NCBI GenBank assembly: GCA_951406725.2
Contig: OX597837.1
Coordinates: 1,736,001 to 1,800,000 of the forward strand
Reading direction: 5' to 3'
Source of the DNA: Octopus vulgaris
Taxonomy: Eukaryota
DNA: 64,000 bases
Shown here: in pieces, positions 1 through 13,623 of the stretch
Position numbering within the stretch: position 1 is the first letter of the stretch
How the letters are laid out: each line of letters begins with the position of its first letter
Translations under genes and position numbers: made by a program
The notes under the pieces: model-generated
What the model was told of the DNA's origin: nothing
Seen by the model: only the letters and a program-made list of their open reading frames with translations
Databases searched by the model: none

Positions 1-809
1 CTAGACGTACAAAATATTTTTGGTTTCTAGGTGGGTGTATGAAAGTTTGGAAAATTTTATGATATATCAATGAATGGTATTTACAAAAACAAAAACAAAA
101 CAAAAAAAGAATATGTACCAATCGAAGACTCCTGCAAGCCTCACTTTCTTTGGTTTCATATAATAACGCGTTGAAAACTGAGACAAAAACAATCTTGATG
201 GTACCTGAAGAATTAACTTAAATTATATGAAGTAGGAATAGATTTATTTCATTTCAAGTACTGCCGCACGATATCAAAGACATTCACAACTTCTGTTTGA
301 AATAAGTTTATGAAAACGGTGCTCAGAAAACAATAACGAGTCATTATAAGTTTCATTCATTCATATCTTTTGGAGCAAATAATTGAATTACCATTATTAT
401 AACTATTTTGGCAACCATTTATAGAAATGACAGAGTAGAAATAATGGCAAATTTCAAGAATAAAAGCGCTTACAGTATTAACTCATGTCCCCCATTGTTT
501 CGAAATTTGAGCACTGTTTAACGCCAGTAGCCTACCATTACATATAAATCTTTCTTCTGTAAAGTTATCTGCATGATCTTTGTACAAATTAATTCGTATC
601 CAATTCTGGTGGTTCCGGAATAGAATCGATGGTTCCAGTGAATATATTAGCCAACGCTATAATGCCTATGGTTATAATTTATGAGAATGTATATAATATA
701 TGTTTATAAAGCAACCATCGAATAGCATCACCGACACTTCTTGTGCTGCTTACCATTCTTCACTTCGGAATTAATTTGTTTTTCTCGTCCAAATTCTATA
801 GTGGCTAAA

Positions 810-1151
810 TTTACCTTTTATCCCATCAGGATCATCCAATAAAGTACCAGAAATCTACTGAGGTAGATATAATCGACTGTTCTGCCCCGACAGATTTCTA
901 GTATTGTGTCTCTGCTAGAAACCTACCCTGAGCTAGTAGAATCGTTAGAGCGCCAGAAAGAAATATTTGTGCTAGTTGTCCCAACTGTTTACAATCTGCA
1001 CTCAAATTGCACTGGGGTAAACTTTGCCCAATAATGCCTCCCCTCCCCGGGCCAATAATATTATAATATCATATCAGTCAAGCACTGGGGACAATCATAA
1101 CAATTTAACCATCTCCTAAAAAAATTGCTGACCTCCTGACTAAATCAGAAA

Positions 1152-1152
<1 letters not shown>
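810..1152 (+). mobile_element. Two degraded tandem copies of tRNA-derived SINE family A
   Basis: Diverged matches to the copy at 1229-1447 (gagctagtagaatcgttagagcgcc head; ttaccttttatccc...aagtaccag core; tail running into (ATT)n). Confidence 0.6.
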
Positions 1153-1212
<60 letters not shown>

Positions 1213-1228
1213 ATTAGCAGGACACCTA

Positions 1229-1830
1229 AGACGGCGAACTGGCAGAGTCGTTACCATGCTGAACGAAATGCTTAGCAGTATTTCGTCTCTCTTTACGTTT
1301 TGAGCTCAAATTCCGCCGAGGTCGACTTTGCCTTTCATTCTTTCGGGGTCGATAAATTAAGTAACAGTTGAGTACTGAGGTTGATGTAATCTACTTAACC
1401 TCTCCCACCAAATTTCAGGTCTTGTGCCTAGAGTAGAAAGGATTATTCGAGCTGGCAGAATCGTTAGCACGCCAAGCAAAATGCTCAGCGTCATTTTGCC
1501 CATCACTATGTTCTGAGTTCAAATTCCGCCGAGGTCAACCTTACCTTTCCTTCTTTCGGGGTCGATAAATTAAGTACCAGTTGAGTACTGGGGTCTATTT
1601 AATCGAGATGGCTCCCTCCCACCAAATTTCATGCCTTGTGCCTAGAGTAGAAAGGATGATAAGCACGACGGACAAAATGCTTACCAACGCTCTGAGTTGA
1701 AATTTAGTCAAGGTCGACTTTGACTTTCATCCTTTCGGGATCGATAAAATAAGTATAAGTGCTAGTTGAAAACTGGGGTCGACCCCACTCTCCTTAAGAT
1801 ACTAGCCTTGTTGCAAAAATTTGAAATCCT
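1229..1830 (+). mobile_element. Three head-to-tail copies of SINE family A (1229-1447, 1448-1660, 1661-1830)
   Basis: A-box-like tggcagagtcgtt, B-box-like gagttcaaattcc, core gtcgactttgcctttcatcctttcggggtcgataaattaagtaccag, and tail gccttgtgcctagagtagaaaggatt. The same unit recurs more than 15 times in the window. From memory, the core resembles the Deu/Nin-type conserved SINE domain. Confidence 0.9.
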
Positions 1831-1907
1831 CATCATCATCATCATCATCATTATTATCCTTATTATTACTATTGCTATTATTATTATTATCTTCATTATT
1901 ATTATTA

Positions 1908-2199
<292 letters not shown>

Positions 2200-2200
<1 letters not shown>

Positions 2201-2369
2201 AAATTTTTAACTGCATTTCATCCGGTTTTTTATCTTCTGAGTATTATAAATACCGCCTGTCATTCTTTCAGGGTCGCTAATGTACCAGTTGTGCATTTGG
2301 GCCGAGGTAATCGACTAATCCCCCAACCCATCCGCAAAATTTCCAGGTCCTGTGCCTATAATCGAAAGG

Positions 2370-2372
<3 letters not shown>
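2200..2372 (+). mobile_element. Degraded SINE family A copy whose tail expands into (TTA)n at 2370-2470
   Basis: ttctgagt...cattctttcagggtcgctaatgtaccagtt...gtcctgtgcctataatcgaaaggattatt. Confidence 0.7.
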
Positions 2373-2444
<72 letters not shown>

Positions 2445-2484
2445 TTATTATTATTATCATTATCATTATTATTGTCATTTACTT

Positions 2485-3024
2485 TTAATCTGCATGTTTG
2501 ATGCAATCACCTGCCGGGGCACACCCAGCGCCCTAGGGCAAGTGAAGGTTAAGAGTTGTTGAAATACAGCTGAAAGCTTGGGGAGGGGAAGTAGAGATAT
2601 ATCTCCATGTAATGCAAACACAAACATTTACATTGATAAGGTTTTTCTAAGGATGTGGGCAGTACTTGTTAGCACAATCTTTTGGATTTCCTTGAGACAT
2701 GGTTTTCCAGGGATATTGTCTAGGTGTTTCTGACATCCCTTTTTTATCATACCTAGGGCACCTACAATAACAGGAACAGTTTTTGTTTTAAGATTCCACA
2801 TCCTCTGTATTTCGATTTCCAGGTCCTTATATTTACTAAGTTTGTCAAATTCCTTGACAGATACATTTTTATCAGTGGGGACGCTTACTTCTATTAGTCT
2901 GCAGGTATTTTCTTCCCTGTCCTTAACAATTATGTCTGGTCGATTAGCCTTGATCGTTCTGTCAGTGTTGACTGGAAAATCCCAGAGGATGGTGACATCT
3001 TTACCTTCAACAACTTTACCTTCA
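2485..3024 (-). mobile_element. 5'-truncated R4/Dong-like non-LTR retrotransposon (C-terminal restriction-like endonuclease region plus 3' UTR)
   Basis: Uninterrupted minus frame 3023-2628: EGKVVEGKDVTILWDFPVNTDRTIKANRPDIIVKDREENTCRLIEVSVPTDKNVSVKEFDKLSKYKDLEIEIQRMWNLKTKTVPVIVGALGMIKKGCQKHLDNIPGKPCLKEIQKIVLTSTAHILRKTLSM*. It carries WD, RPD, KYxDL and GALG motifs. (TAA)n lies on both sides. Confidence 0.9.
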
Positions 3025-3202
<178 letters not shown>

Positions 3203-3697
3203 TTTGTTTTATTTCTACGGTGTTTAGTGAACCTTAATCCGAACCCGTGTTCCTTTAGTTATCTGCCGGATTTGGATTTGTTTGTATATATTTCATAGAA
3301 TTTTCAATCTAATTAAAAATAGGTCTGCTACAACAATAGCTATTGTTCAGAATATTCATAGATATAAGTGATATTTTTCTATTTCGGTATAAAATGGTTT
3401 GAAATTCTCAATATTCGATAATTATTACAAGATTTTATCATTGCCACCATAACCATCATCATCATCACACTCATCATCATTTCCAAAGTTTCCTCTACAC
3501 CATCATCATCATCACCATCGACATCATCACAATCATCATCATTACGAACATCAAAACCTTCATTAGCCACATCATTATCATCGCATCCATCATGACATCA
3601 TCATCATCATCACGATCTTCATCACCGACATCGTCATTATCCTCATCGTAATCGCTACCACCATCAGCAGCAGCAGCATCATTATTACCGTCATCAC

Positions 3698-3734
<37 letters not shown>

Positions 3735-4134
3735 TTCGTCATCCCCAGAACGACGCTAATCGTTATAACCCTGTATAAGACGTATCCTTCTACATTTTGC
3801 ATCAGACATTTCAAGGATGTCACTGCACCTTAACTTCGGTAAATGGAAATATGTCTTCAGTCGACAGATCAATGGCAAAGGAAATTAAGAGAGAAAACTT
3901 AGAACCCAAAATTACGATAGAATTTTCTACGTATAAAACAAAAAATATCAAACTCGTCATTATAGAATGTTTTTATAAAAGCATCAACAACAACAACAGC
4001 AACAACAACAGCAGAACCTCTTCTGACTGTAAAGAAAAAAAGCATTGTAATAATGGTAATAATAGAGTAAATAATAGATAAGAGATGAAAATAATAAAAA
4101 TATTAATAATAATAATAATAATAGTAATAATAAT

Positions 4135-4345
4135 CAATTTTGTTATAGGAACAAGGCTTGAAATTTGGGGGGGGGGCATTCGATTAGATCGATCCCAGTG
4201 CGCAACTGTTACTTAATTTTATCGACCCAGGAAAGATGGAAGGCAAAGTCGACCTCAGCGGCATTTGAACTCAGAACGTTCACGCGGACAAAATACCGCT
4301 AAGCATTTCGCTCGGCGCGCTAACGATTCTGCCAGCTCGCCGCCT
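4135..4345 (-). mobile_element. SINE family A, near full length; a degraded second copy follows at about 4455-4650
   Basis: Reverse complement of the 1229-1447 unit (ggcaaagtcgacctcagcggcatttgaactcagaacgt...ttctgccagctcgccgcc). Confidence 0.85.
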
Positions 4346-4372
4346 TTGTATAATAAGGATAATAATAATAAC

Positions 4373-4418
<46 letters not shown>

Positions 4419-5249
4419 TGAGCTTCAGTTACGACATAAACAAAGAATGGTGATTCTTGCATTAGACAGAGGTCCAGTAATTTTTAAGGGACGGTGAGAG
4501 TCAATAAGATCATCCACAGAACTAAGATTGGCAGTTTAATTTGTCGAAAATGGAAGAATGAGAGGGAAAGTTGTGGATGTATTTGAACTCAGAACGTTAA
4601 GTGCCTGAAAATAAAATACCCCACGGCATATTGTCCGATGTTCTCACGAATAAACGTAAAAATACACTAGAAGATTATTTTTAAAAAAGAGTCATTATTA
4701 AAAACACAAAAATGGATGATATTGCATTAAAGCATTTCGAATCAACGAAAAAGGTCCTCAACAGGGAAAATGACCCCCGAGGATAATTTTGGAATAATCA
4801 CATCCGAGGCAGCGGATTACTCTGCCTTTTTCTTGTTCTTTCCTTCCTTCTGCTCCAGCTGGTCCTCTTCCTCCCGCTCTCACCATTATCATTTTTATCA
4901 TCATTGCCATATTTCATTTCATTCTCATTTTCACACTCTCCCTGCCGTCTCCACCGTCATCACCACCGTCATCACCACCGTCATCACCGTTATAATCAAC
5001 CTCCTCATTAAATTCAGCGTTGCCATCTCCATCATCATTACCATCATCATCATAATCATCATCGTCACCGGCAAAATTAACATCATCATCTCGTCGATTG
5101 CCGTCATCAGCAGAATCTCATGACACCCTCCCGACCACCACCACCACCACCACCACCAACCCGATGATCCTCACCGTCATCATCTCCACCCATATAAAAC
5201 ACCTCACGTCAACCGCTTCGAGAAGAAATTTCATCTAACCACAACACGT

Positions 5250-5685
5250 TTTCTATCTTTTACGTGTTTCAGTCATTAGACTGCGGCCATTCTGGGGCAC
5301 CGCCTTGAAGGAGTTTTAGTTGAATGAATCGGCCCCAGGAGATTTTTATTTTTCAAACTTAGTACTTATTCGATCGGTCACTTTCGCAGAACCGTTACAT
5401 GAACGTAAACAAACCAACACCAGCCAGTTGTCAAGCGGTGGTGAGGGACACACACATATGTACATACACACACACACATATGTGTGTGTGTGTGTGTGAA
5501 TATATATATATATATATATATCGAGCTTCTTTCAATTTCCGTCTACTAAATCCACTGACAAGGCTTTGATCGACCTAAGGCTATAGTAGAAAATTCTTGC
5601 ACAGGGAGGCACAGAATGGGGCTGAACCCGGAACCATGTGAACCATGTGGTTGGGAAGCAAAGTGCTTACCACACAGCCACGCCT
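5250..5685 (-). mobile_element. SINE family B (CORE-like), full length, with internal (TG)/(TA) microsatellite
   Basis: Minus-strand head ggcgtggctgtgtggtaag...ggttccgggttcagcccc and body gtagacggaaattgaaagaagc. Tail ggcggtgccccagaatggccgcagtctaatgactgaaacacgtaaaag. About ten copies or fragments occur in the window. Confidence 0.85.
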
Positions 5686-6676
5686 GGTAATAACAGAAAT
5701 GAATAAAACAATAAAACAAGTTTAACTAAAAGCAAAGAAAAACAACCATTCTAACAACAACTGCATAACGACAACAAAAACAAGAGCATAAATATTAACA
5801 TCCCTAGCAACAACAACATCAGCATTATAAATTACTAGACTATGTCCATAAAAGGACAGCAACAACAGGATTATTACGCAGTTCCTTAGCAACAACAATT
5901 ATAGGCACATTAACTGAAATATAACAGTAACATTGATATATATTTCATGAAAATCAACACCGCTTCTTTGAAGTCCGCTAACGATTGTAATAGAGTATGT
6001 TACAAATAACAACAAAATAAGAAAAACAACTAATACTGTTACTACCACTACTGCTATTGAAACTGCTGCTGTTGCTATAGTCACAACATTAACAACTTAA
6101 ACTGAAAAATGTATGTTGAGAACACCAACAGAAGCTGCAATAAATATGTAATGAATAATAGCAGAGATAGCAACGATAACTCACAAAATAGCAACTCCAT
6201 CGTTTACAACAAGCGCAACAACATCCAGTTCATGAGAGACAACATAAAGAACAAATTTAGTGGTTTCAAACGGAGACGCAACAACAATATTTAGTGCGTT
6301 AGCAACAACACTACTATGTTCGTTCTAAATGCAATAGCGTTATCAGTAGGTATAGCAACAACATTCACTACACACCACGATATACTGTAGGTAATTGAAC
6401 ATAGAATCAGTGGTCAACAAAAATAGACGATTAGAAAAAAAAACATTAGTAACAGTTATAATGAAGCAAGAAAAGTTTGAGATGTAGGATAGCAGCGAAT
6501 ACCTGAATTAGCAACAAAAAATAGCATTGGAAATATGAAATATCATCAGTGACAAGGAATAGCGAACAGAGCATTTTGAAAATACTGGAAATACACCAAA
6601 AACAACATTAAAATAACAACAACTAACACCGACGAATAATAGTAACTACAGCAAGTTCAAGGCAAGTGCAATATCG

Positions 6677-6677
6677 G

Positions 6678-6732
<55 letters not shown>

Positions 6733-6743
6733 AAGAAAAAGAA

Positions 6744-6784
<41 letters not shown>

Positions 6785-6786
6785 AA
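6677..6786. repeat. (GGT)-(TAG)n-(GAA)n compound microsatellite
   Basis: Directly visible. Confidence 0.95.
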
Positions 6787-7660
6787 AGCAGCCAACGAAA
6801 GAGAAGAAACCCTACTCTGTATGGAATGACATGGTCAGTTCCACCGTGAAACTAACAATTTAAAAGACCAGGAAGCATCATGGGGGTGGCTTAATTAGGG
6901 TGACCTAAAAAAGAATACTGAAAACCTAATTATCGCTGCCCAGGACCACTAACTCATTGTAAACGGATATATACCGCACGCACTTAGCAGAATGTGTGAG
7001 AAGAGGGTCGAAAGCGTGACTCACTCTGCTAGTGTTTGTGAAAGTCTGGCGCAGGAAGAGTACAAACACAGACACGACAAGATTGCCCCAAACCTCCACT
7101 GGCCACTATACCGATGCCGTAAGTATGGATATGAGGTTACGAGAGCTTGGTACCAACATACACCGGAAAAGGTAGTGGACGAAAAGGGGAAGGCATTAAA
7201 ATCCTCTGGGACTTTGATTTCCAAACAGACAAAATGTTAGAGCACCGAAGGCCGGATATAGTAACCTTTAGGAGGGACAAACAAGAATGCCTAATAATTG
7301 ACATGGCAGTTCCAGGAGATCAACACATTATCATAAAGGAAAGAGAAAAAGTTGATAAATATGGAGACCTGAGAATTGAGATCGCTAAGATGTGGCAGCT
7401 ACGAGAGTCAAACATAAAGATTATCCCTATTGTCATCGGAGCATTGCGTTCAATACCACCCAATCTGGAAACCTTAGAGATACCCTACAATCTATGTGTA
7501 TTGCAAAAGTCGGCATTACTTGGAACTGCAGGCATATTGCGTAAAGTATTGTCTGTCTGAGGTCCTTGTTGAGACTTGACAAACAGTACAAACCCCTGGT
7601 AGACACAATGTCTCTAATCAACAACCTCACGATATTGTATAATTTACGACGTCTATAGTA
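6787..7660 (+). mobile_element. 5'-truncated, frameshifted R4/Dong-like non-LTR retrotransposon
   Basis: HGQFHRETNNLKDQEASWGWLN*GDLKKNTENLIIAAQD, then a degenerate zinc-knuckle region (MCEKRVESVTHSASVCESLAQEEYKHRHD), then ILWDFDFQTDKMLEHRRPDIV...IIDMAVP...KYGDL...IVIGAL...LQKSALLGTAGILRKVLSV* (stop 7560). It ends in degenerate TAA repeats. Confidence 0.9.
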
Positions 7661-7679
7661 ATAACAATAATAATAATGA

Positions 7680-7812
7680 TGTCTTGCAAAAAACAGCCTT
7701 ATTGAGCACAGCATACGTCTTAAGGAAAGTATTATCTGTCTGAGGTCCTTGTTCTGACTTGACAGATGACTAAAAACTCTGGTGCATTTTTACCTACACT
7801 GTGCTACGAAGA
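7680..7812 (+). mobile_element. Second, diverged R4/Dong-like 3' end directly behind the first, followed by (TAA)n
   Basis: Encodes LQKTALLSTAYVLRKVLSV* followed by ggtccttgttctgacttgaca, paralogous to 7501-7581. (AAT)n follows at 7813-7900. Confidence 0.8.
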
Positions 7813-7856
<44 letters not shown>

Positions 7857-8271
7857 TAATAATAATAATAATAATGATAATAATAATAATAACAATGATG
7901 ATAAACATCGCAACATCAACATCTGCTATATTAGTCACATGAAAGATGTCTTCGACATTTTCATCAATAGAAACAACTACACTCAGTGCAGTATCTACAA
8001 CAATAATATTAACAGCGACTGCAGCTTTAATAACAAACAGCAATTGGTATTGACATTATAGGTATGGGACAACACAGAAAAACAGGAGGAAAATACTCTC
8101 ACAAATGTAGACCCGGGGGGAGAAAATATTACCGACATCACCATAAAGACAAACTACTTTAAAAGAAAAGACAACAACACACCAAAAGACAGAAACTGCG
8201 AGGAACAATAACAACAACAAAATGGTCAACAAATTATAAAAATGTGGGAAACACGTGTCTACATTTTGTGT

Positions 8272-8321
<50 letters not shown>

Positions 8322-8830
8322 TATATATTTTATAAATATATTTATAATACATACAGAGTGCGTATGGATGGATGTGTATACCTCCCCCCCACACACACAC
8401 ACAAACGCACAAATATATATATATGTATATGTGTGTGTGTGTGTGTCTTACAAAGAAAACAGAATATGATACATGACAGCAGGCATCTTGTTTTTGGAGA
8501 GTTTATAGTTTTTTGGGTTTTTTTATATCTAATTTATATATTTATTGTATTTTATCTTTTTGGTCTTGTGTTAATTCTTCAGAACAGCATGTTCCTTCCC
8601 GTTCCCCTTCCTCGCCCTCGTCTTCCTCCATTCCCGTCCTTCTTCTCTTCCTCCGACCACCACCACGACCACCATCACCCACAATGGTAAATAATTGATT
8701 CGTAAGATATCGAAGTCTCAAAAACTAGCAGAGCAATACTTGCTAAAGGATTGAGTAAACAACACAGCGAAGCTTTTCCAAGAAATTAAATTCATCTTTA
8801 TCATCATTATTGTCTGTCATTATTATTATG

Positions 8831-8863
<33 letters not shown>

Positions 8864-9020
8864 GTTAATGTTATTAGCAGCAGCGGCAGCAGTAGTTGTT
8901 GTACTGCTGTGCCATTTTCTATTCCCTAAATAAATATATAAATACACAAATTTCATTCAAAAACAAGGGCATCTTCAGAAAAGAGAAAATACTCTCTCGT
9001 AGGTTTAAAGATACGTGTAT

Positions 9021-9083
<63 letters not shown>

Positions 9084-9181
9084 TATACACGCGCAGACAT
9101 TTTACAATCTATTCTGTCGTCAACAATTCCAAAGACATTTTCCTGATATCGACGAGCTTTATACCCATCTTCCCGTGTGTA

Positions 9182-9549
9182 GTGGAGTCGAAATGGACAA
9201 GTGGTTAGGGCAGCGGTGTCGCGGTCATAGGATCACGGTTTCGATTCCCAGACCGGTGTTGTGAGTGTTTATTCAGCGAAAACACCTAAAGCTCTACGAG
9301 AGTCTGGCAGGGCTAGTGGTGAATTCTTTCACCACAACTTTCTCTCACTCTTTCTTCCTGTTTCTGTTGTACCTGTATTTCAAAGGGCCGGTCTTGTGAC
9401 ACTCTGTGTCACACTGAATCTCCCCAAGAACTATGTTAAGGGTACGCGTGTATGTGGAATGCTCAGCCACTTGTACGTATATTTCATGAGTAGGCTGTTC
9501 CGTTGATCGGATCAACTGCAACCCTCGTTGTTGTAACCTACAGAGTGCC
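9182..9549 (+). mobile_element. tRNA-derived SINE family D, full length
   Basis: A-box tggacaagtggttaggg and B-box ggtttcgattccc. The 3' half matches 28292-28475 in reverse. Confidence 0.8.
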
Positions 9550-9578
9550 ACGATGACGACAATATATATGTATATATA

Positions 9579-9794
9579 TGAATGAGTGCTGAAATGTTCC
9601 TGGCTTTAGGTAAAAGAAAATACAGGAGGGTCAGCTAATAATGATTTTTTTCAACATATTCCCCTCTCAATTTCGCACACTTACTTCAGCGGTCCTTCAT
9701 TTATTCTAAATCCTGTAAATGAACTCAGAGGGTCGGGCTTCCAAGCAGGCCTTTTGCGAGACACTTAAAGTCAGGAACTTTCAGCACCCCTTCG
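9579..9794. mobile_element. Mariner-like MITE
   Basis: About 28-bp TIRs (tgaatgagtgctgaaatgttcctggcttta / taaagtcaggaactttcagcaccccttcg), flanked by TA on both sides. Confidence 0.8.
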
Positions 9795-9925
9795 TATATA
9801 TATATACATGGATATATACGTAAATTTGTTGTGTGCACACACACACACACATACATATGCACACTTACACATTAATTCAACGTATACATATACTCCCTTA
9901 CATATACATGAAATTAAATGACAAA

Positions 9926-10123
9926 GGAAGAAGAAACTATCATAGAAACTTCATACTCTTACAGCTGTTTCTGCTATGAGATGCAGAGCACTCAGATCTG
10001 AGTGCATGGAGCTTCAACAATGAAACTATATGGTGATACATATGCTTTCAGTTTTGAGTGAACTGCAACCTATAGCAGAAACATCTGTAAGCTTATGAAG
10101 TTTATAAAATAATTTCCTGTTCC
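9926..10123. mobile_element. Fold-back element, probable Penelope-like inverted pLTR remnant
   Basis: Imperfect inverted arms 9946-9986 / 10063-10103, each carrying GAAACAGCTGTAAG-like sequence. Internal 18-bp palindrome gcactcagatctgagtgc at 9988-10005. Confidence 0.55.
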
Positions 10124-10158
10124 AGGTTATTAGTATCGCTATGCATAACCGAGGGTGA

Positions 10159-10285
10159 AGGCGCATGGCCTAGTGATTAAAGCGTCGGGTTCACAATAAT
10201 GAGGTAGTGAGTTCGATTTCGGGACCAGATTTGTGTTGTGTTCTTGAGCAAGACACTTTATTTCATGTCGATCCAATTCAGCACT
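10159..10285 (+). mobile_element. SINE family C, 5' part
   Basis: ggcgcatggcctagtgattaaagcgtcggg...gagttcgatttcgg...gtgttcttgagcaagacactttatttca; matches 53700-54026 in reverse. Confidence 0.8.
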
Positions 10286-10761
10286 TTTCAAACTGCACCA
10301 ACACGTGTAAACACACGCACATTACATACTCTCTCGCACACACAAGAATACATACGTGCACATATATCTATATATACATACCTATCACCCTCTCTTTCAG
10401 TAGATGTTGAGTGATGATGGTGTTTAGGATTATCAAGACTGCGATGACGACTATGAATGATTATAATTATAATGATAGTGAAAATATTATTGTTGTTTTT
10501 GGCATGCTGGAGTAGATGAAGATTCTGGTTCCTCGTCGATAGAATTATTATGCCTGGCACGAAACCCACAGCTTATCTTCGCTTCTCCTTTTCAGATAAG
10601 ATATTGAAGAAAAGCAATATGTCGCTTATTTTCCCATCTTCGTTTCTGTCGTCGTCTTCCAACATTTTTTCTTTCCATTTTCAGTATATTGCTTGTCTTT
10701 GTTATTGTTGTTGTTGTTATTATCATTATTATTAATATTATTATTATTATGATTATTAGTG

Positions 10762-10809
<48 letters not shown>

Positions 10810-10919
10810 ATTTTGTTGTTGACCTATTGAATGAAATGAATAGAATTGTTAGAAATAGAAAGGGTTTAATGTGGGTAAATATTAAAATGTACATAGAGTT
10901 TTATATCCGTACAGGTGTG

Positions 10920-10957
<38 letters not shown>

Positions 10958-11554
10958 TTATATATGTATATAATTATCATTATTATTATTATTGTAAATT
11001 CGTAGAAGGCTGCAAAATGTCTCGAAAGGTTCATACATGGCTATATATCATATGGTTAAGCGAACACACACACACACATAAATATACATGCAAACGTACG
11101 CACGCACACACCAAAGCCCAATCTTACTGTAATGCCATGATCACTAATACACCGCCATGACCACCACCACCACCATCAGATCCACCCTCACTTCCTCCGG
11201 CACCAACAAAAGTACAGCCATGCTGTTAGGGAATTATACTGTGTGCATATTACAAACCAGAGACCTAAGTAAATATTTAAGAATACCTTAGAATAACAGA
11301 GCGGATATTTATAAAACTTATTGATTTCAGCATCCGTCAAGCATTTCAACAAAACCGATCATACTGACGTCGTGATTGGGTTGCGTGGAGAGTGAGATGT
11401 AATTGCGTTGCTCTTCCACATTCTCTTTGTATACACGAGCGCACACGCGTAATCAAGATCATGTCCAGACACCGAAGTAAGCACACTCACACATAGATGT
11501 TTGTCATACTTGCTTTACAATATCTACGTACGTATATATGCATGTGTAGACACG

Positions 11555-11790
<236 letters not shown>

Positions 11791-12146
11791 TATATTATTA
11801 CATATACAGATGCATATATGCACATGCCTATTGAAATTATTTTCCCTTGGAGAGGAGATTAAACGAATGCATCGTTGCAATTGCATTCACCTGCGAAAAA
11901 GGAGCAGGAGATAATCTTTAGAATCAACAACTCACTGGAACTGACGTATCCCTCAAACCTGAGAGCTTGAAATTGTGGAAGACTGTTTCTACCTTAATAA
12001 GCGTCATCAACACAGCACATAAACTATCGCCAGTTGTAACAAATATTTAGTTTCCTCAAATGTTGGTTTGCTAAATTGCAAGTGAATATATATACGACTG
12101 GGCCAGTCCTCATTGAGTTCAAATTCTGTTGAAAGCTAATCTTGCC

Positions 12147-12180
<34 letters not shown>

Positions 12181-12186
<6 letters not shown>

Positions 12187-12496
12187 AATATTAGGGAATA
12201 AATCCAAACTTACAGGGAAAAATCAGATTTAGGATTGAATCCAATTTTATAGTAAAATATTATATTATATTAAATTAGAGACGAAACGACTATTAGGCAA
12301 ATCATACAATGAAAAACTTAAGCCAATACATAAGATTATTTAACAGCCATGAAACGATCGTAGTGTTATATTAATTATATTTTTTTAATAATTTTGTTAT
12401 ATATTTAAATAATATAAATGAAATAATCTTATGTATTGGCTTAAGTTTTTCATTGTATGATTTGCCTAATAGTGGTTTTGTCTTTAATTTAATATA

Positions 12497-12504
<8 letters not shown>
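12181..12504. mobile_element. (TA)n-embedded fold-back element (Penelope-like inverted pLTR remnant)
   Basis: About 80-bp inverted arms 12260-12341 / 12421-12502. The spacer contains GAAA-CGATCG-TA (12351-12362), the 3' half of a minimal hammerhead. (TA)n lies on both sides. Confidence 0.7.
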
Positions 12505-12575
<71 letters not shown>

Positions 12576-13580
12576 ACTTCGCTTATGCATTGAGAAATAA
12601 TCCATTGTTGTTTAGTGCTGATCGGAAGGACATACCAGAAGTAATCCAACGATGACCACATCTACCGGTCTGTGTTTGTTATGTTGAAATTTTATAAGAA
12701 CAATTTAACACTAAACGGAAGACTTACGCAATTTTGATCGAGTAATTCTCTTACAAGGAGACCGAAATTAGAACTCGCTGCGACTCTGGTTCTTCTAAAT
12801 ATTATACACTACGCAAGTATTTGGTATGCCGGATTATATTATACAATGTTTACGATTTATTGTTAACATTTGGAGTCGACTTAGATATTTCTTTTAGCAA
12901 GCATTATAACAGAAAATAAAGGAAAATTTTAGAAGTTCGGGTGACCAGGAAACGGCTTCAAAGAAACGAAACCTGCATCTCTTGAATTCCGGATGAGCAC
13001 TCATTAAGCTACGCGACTTCTGACAAATCCCGTCTTTTATAATGCTAAATAATAACTTTTGGAATGGGAGGACATTTTTTTATAAACAAACATAGAAACG
13101 CCGAGTGAGTTGGTATTTTACTGAAAATAAAGGATATCTCAAACGCAGAATAGGTGTAAAAACAACTTAAAAGATTGAGTAAATATCCTTACAAAAGGGA
13201 AATAAGTGACCAGCAGCCACTACTCAGAATTGAAACCTGTTCGGCTCAAATTCTGGATGAATTCGCATGGTGCTTTTTGCAGCTCTACTCAGAATGCTGT
13301 AGTTTTCTCATTGGTTCGGACCCGTTAGCGCCGACAGTTTTGGTGCACCAAATTCCAGTCGTATTAGATTCTTTCCTCGTGGAAACTAATATTTGCTGAG
13401 CAGCAACAATAATAGTTAAGTATTAATAGTAATTATAATAATAATGGTTTCAAATTTTGGCACAATGCCAGCAATTTTGTTACATCGACCCCATTACTCA
13501 GCTGGTACTTATTTTTCAATTTCACTAGAATGTTCCTCGTGCCATTCAGTAACAAGAACGTAAAGATGGACAATAAAGTG

Positions 13581-13623
<43 letters not shown>

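Noticed and set aside
1-510. Possible DNA-transposon remnant at the window start
   Set aside because: No TIR pair or transposase motif can be shown within the window.
1229-1830. Regularly repeated units superficially like a CRISPR array
   Set aside because: These are SINE copies of about 210 bp in eukaryotic DNA, with no spacers or cas genes.
9182-9255. tRNA-like sequences at SINE heads (also 10159, 53960-54026)
   Set aside because: A and B boxes are present, but the sequences continue into SINE bodies and I could not fold a full cloverleaf; they are not tRNA genes.
11365-11380. Adjacent CRE-like (tgacgtc) and reverse CCAAT motifs
   Set aside because: Short motifs like these are expected by chance in 64 kb, and there is no other promoter evidence.
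12728-12794. Possible minus-strand mini-exon ending in GTAAGT (RTRVAASSNFGLLVRELLDQNC)
   Set aside because: Poor acceptor, no homology and no partner exons.
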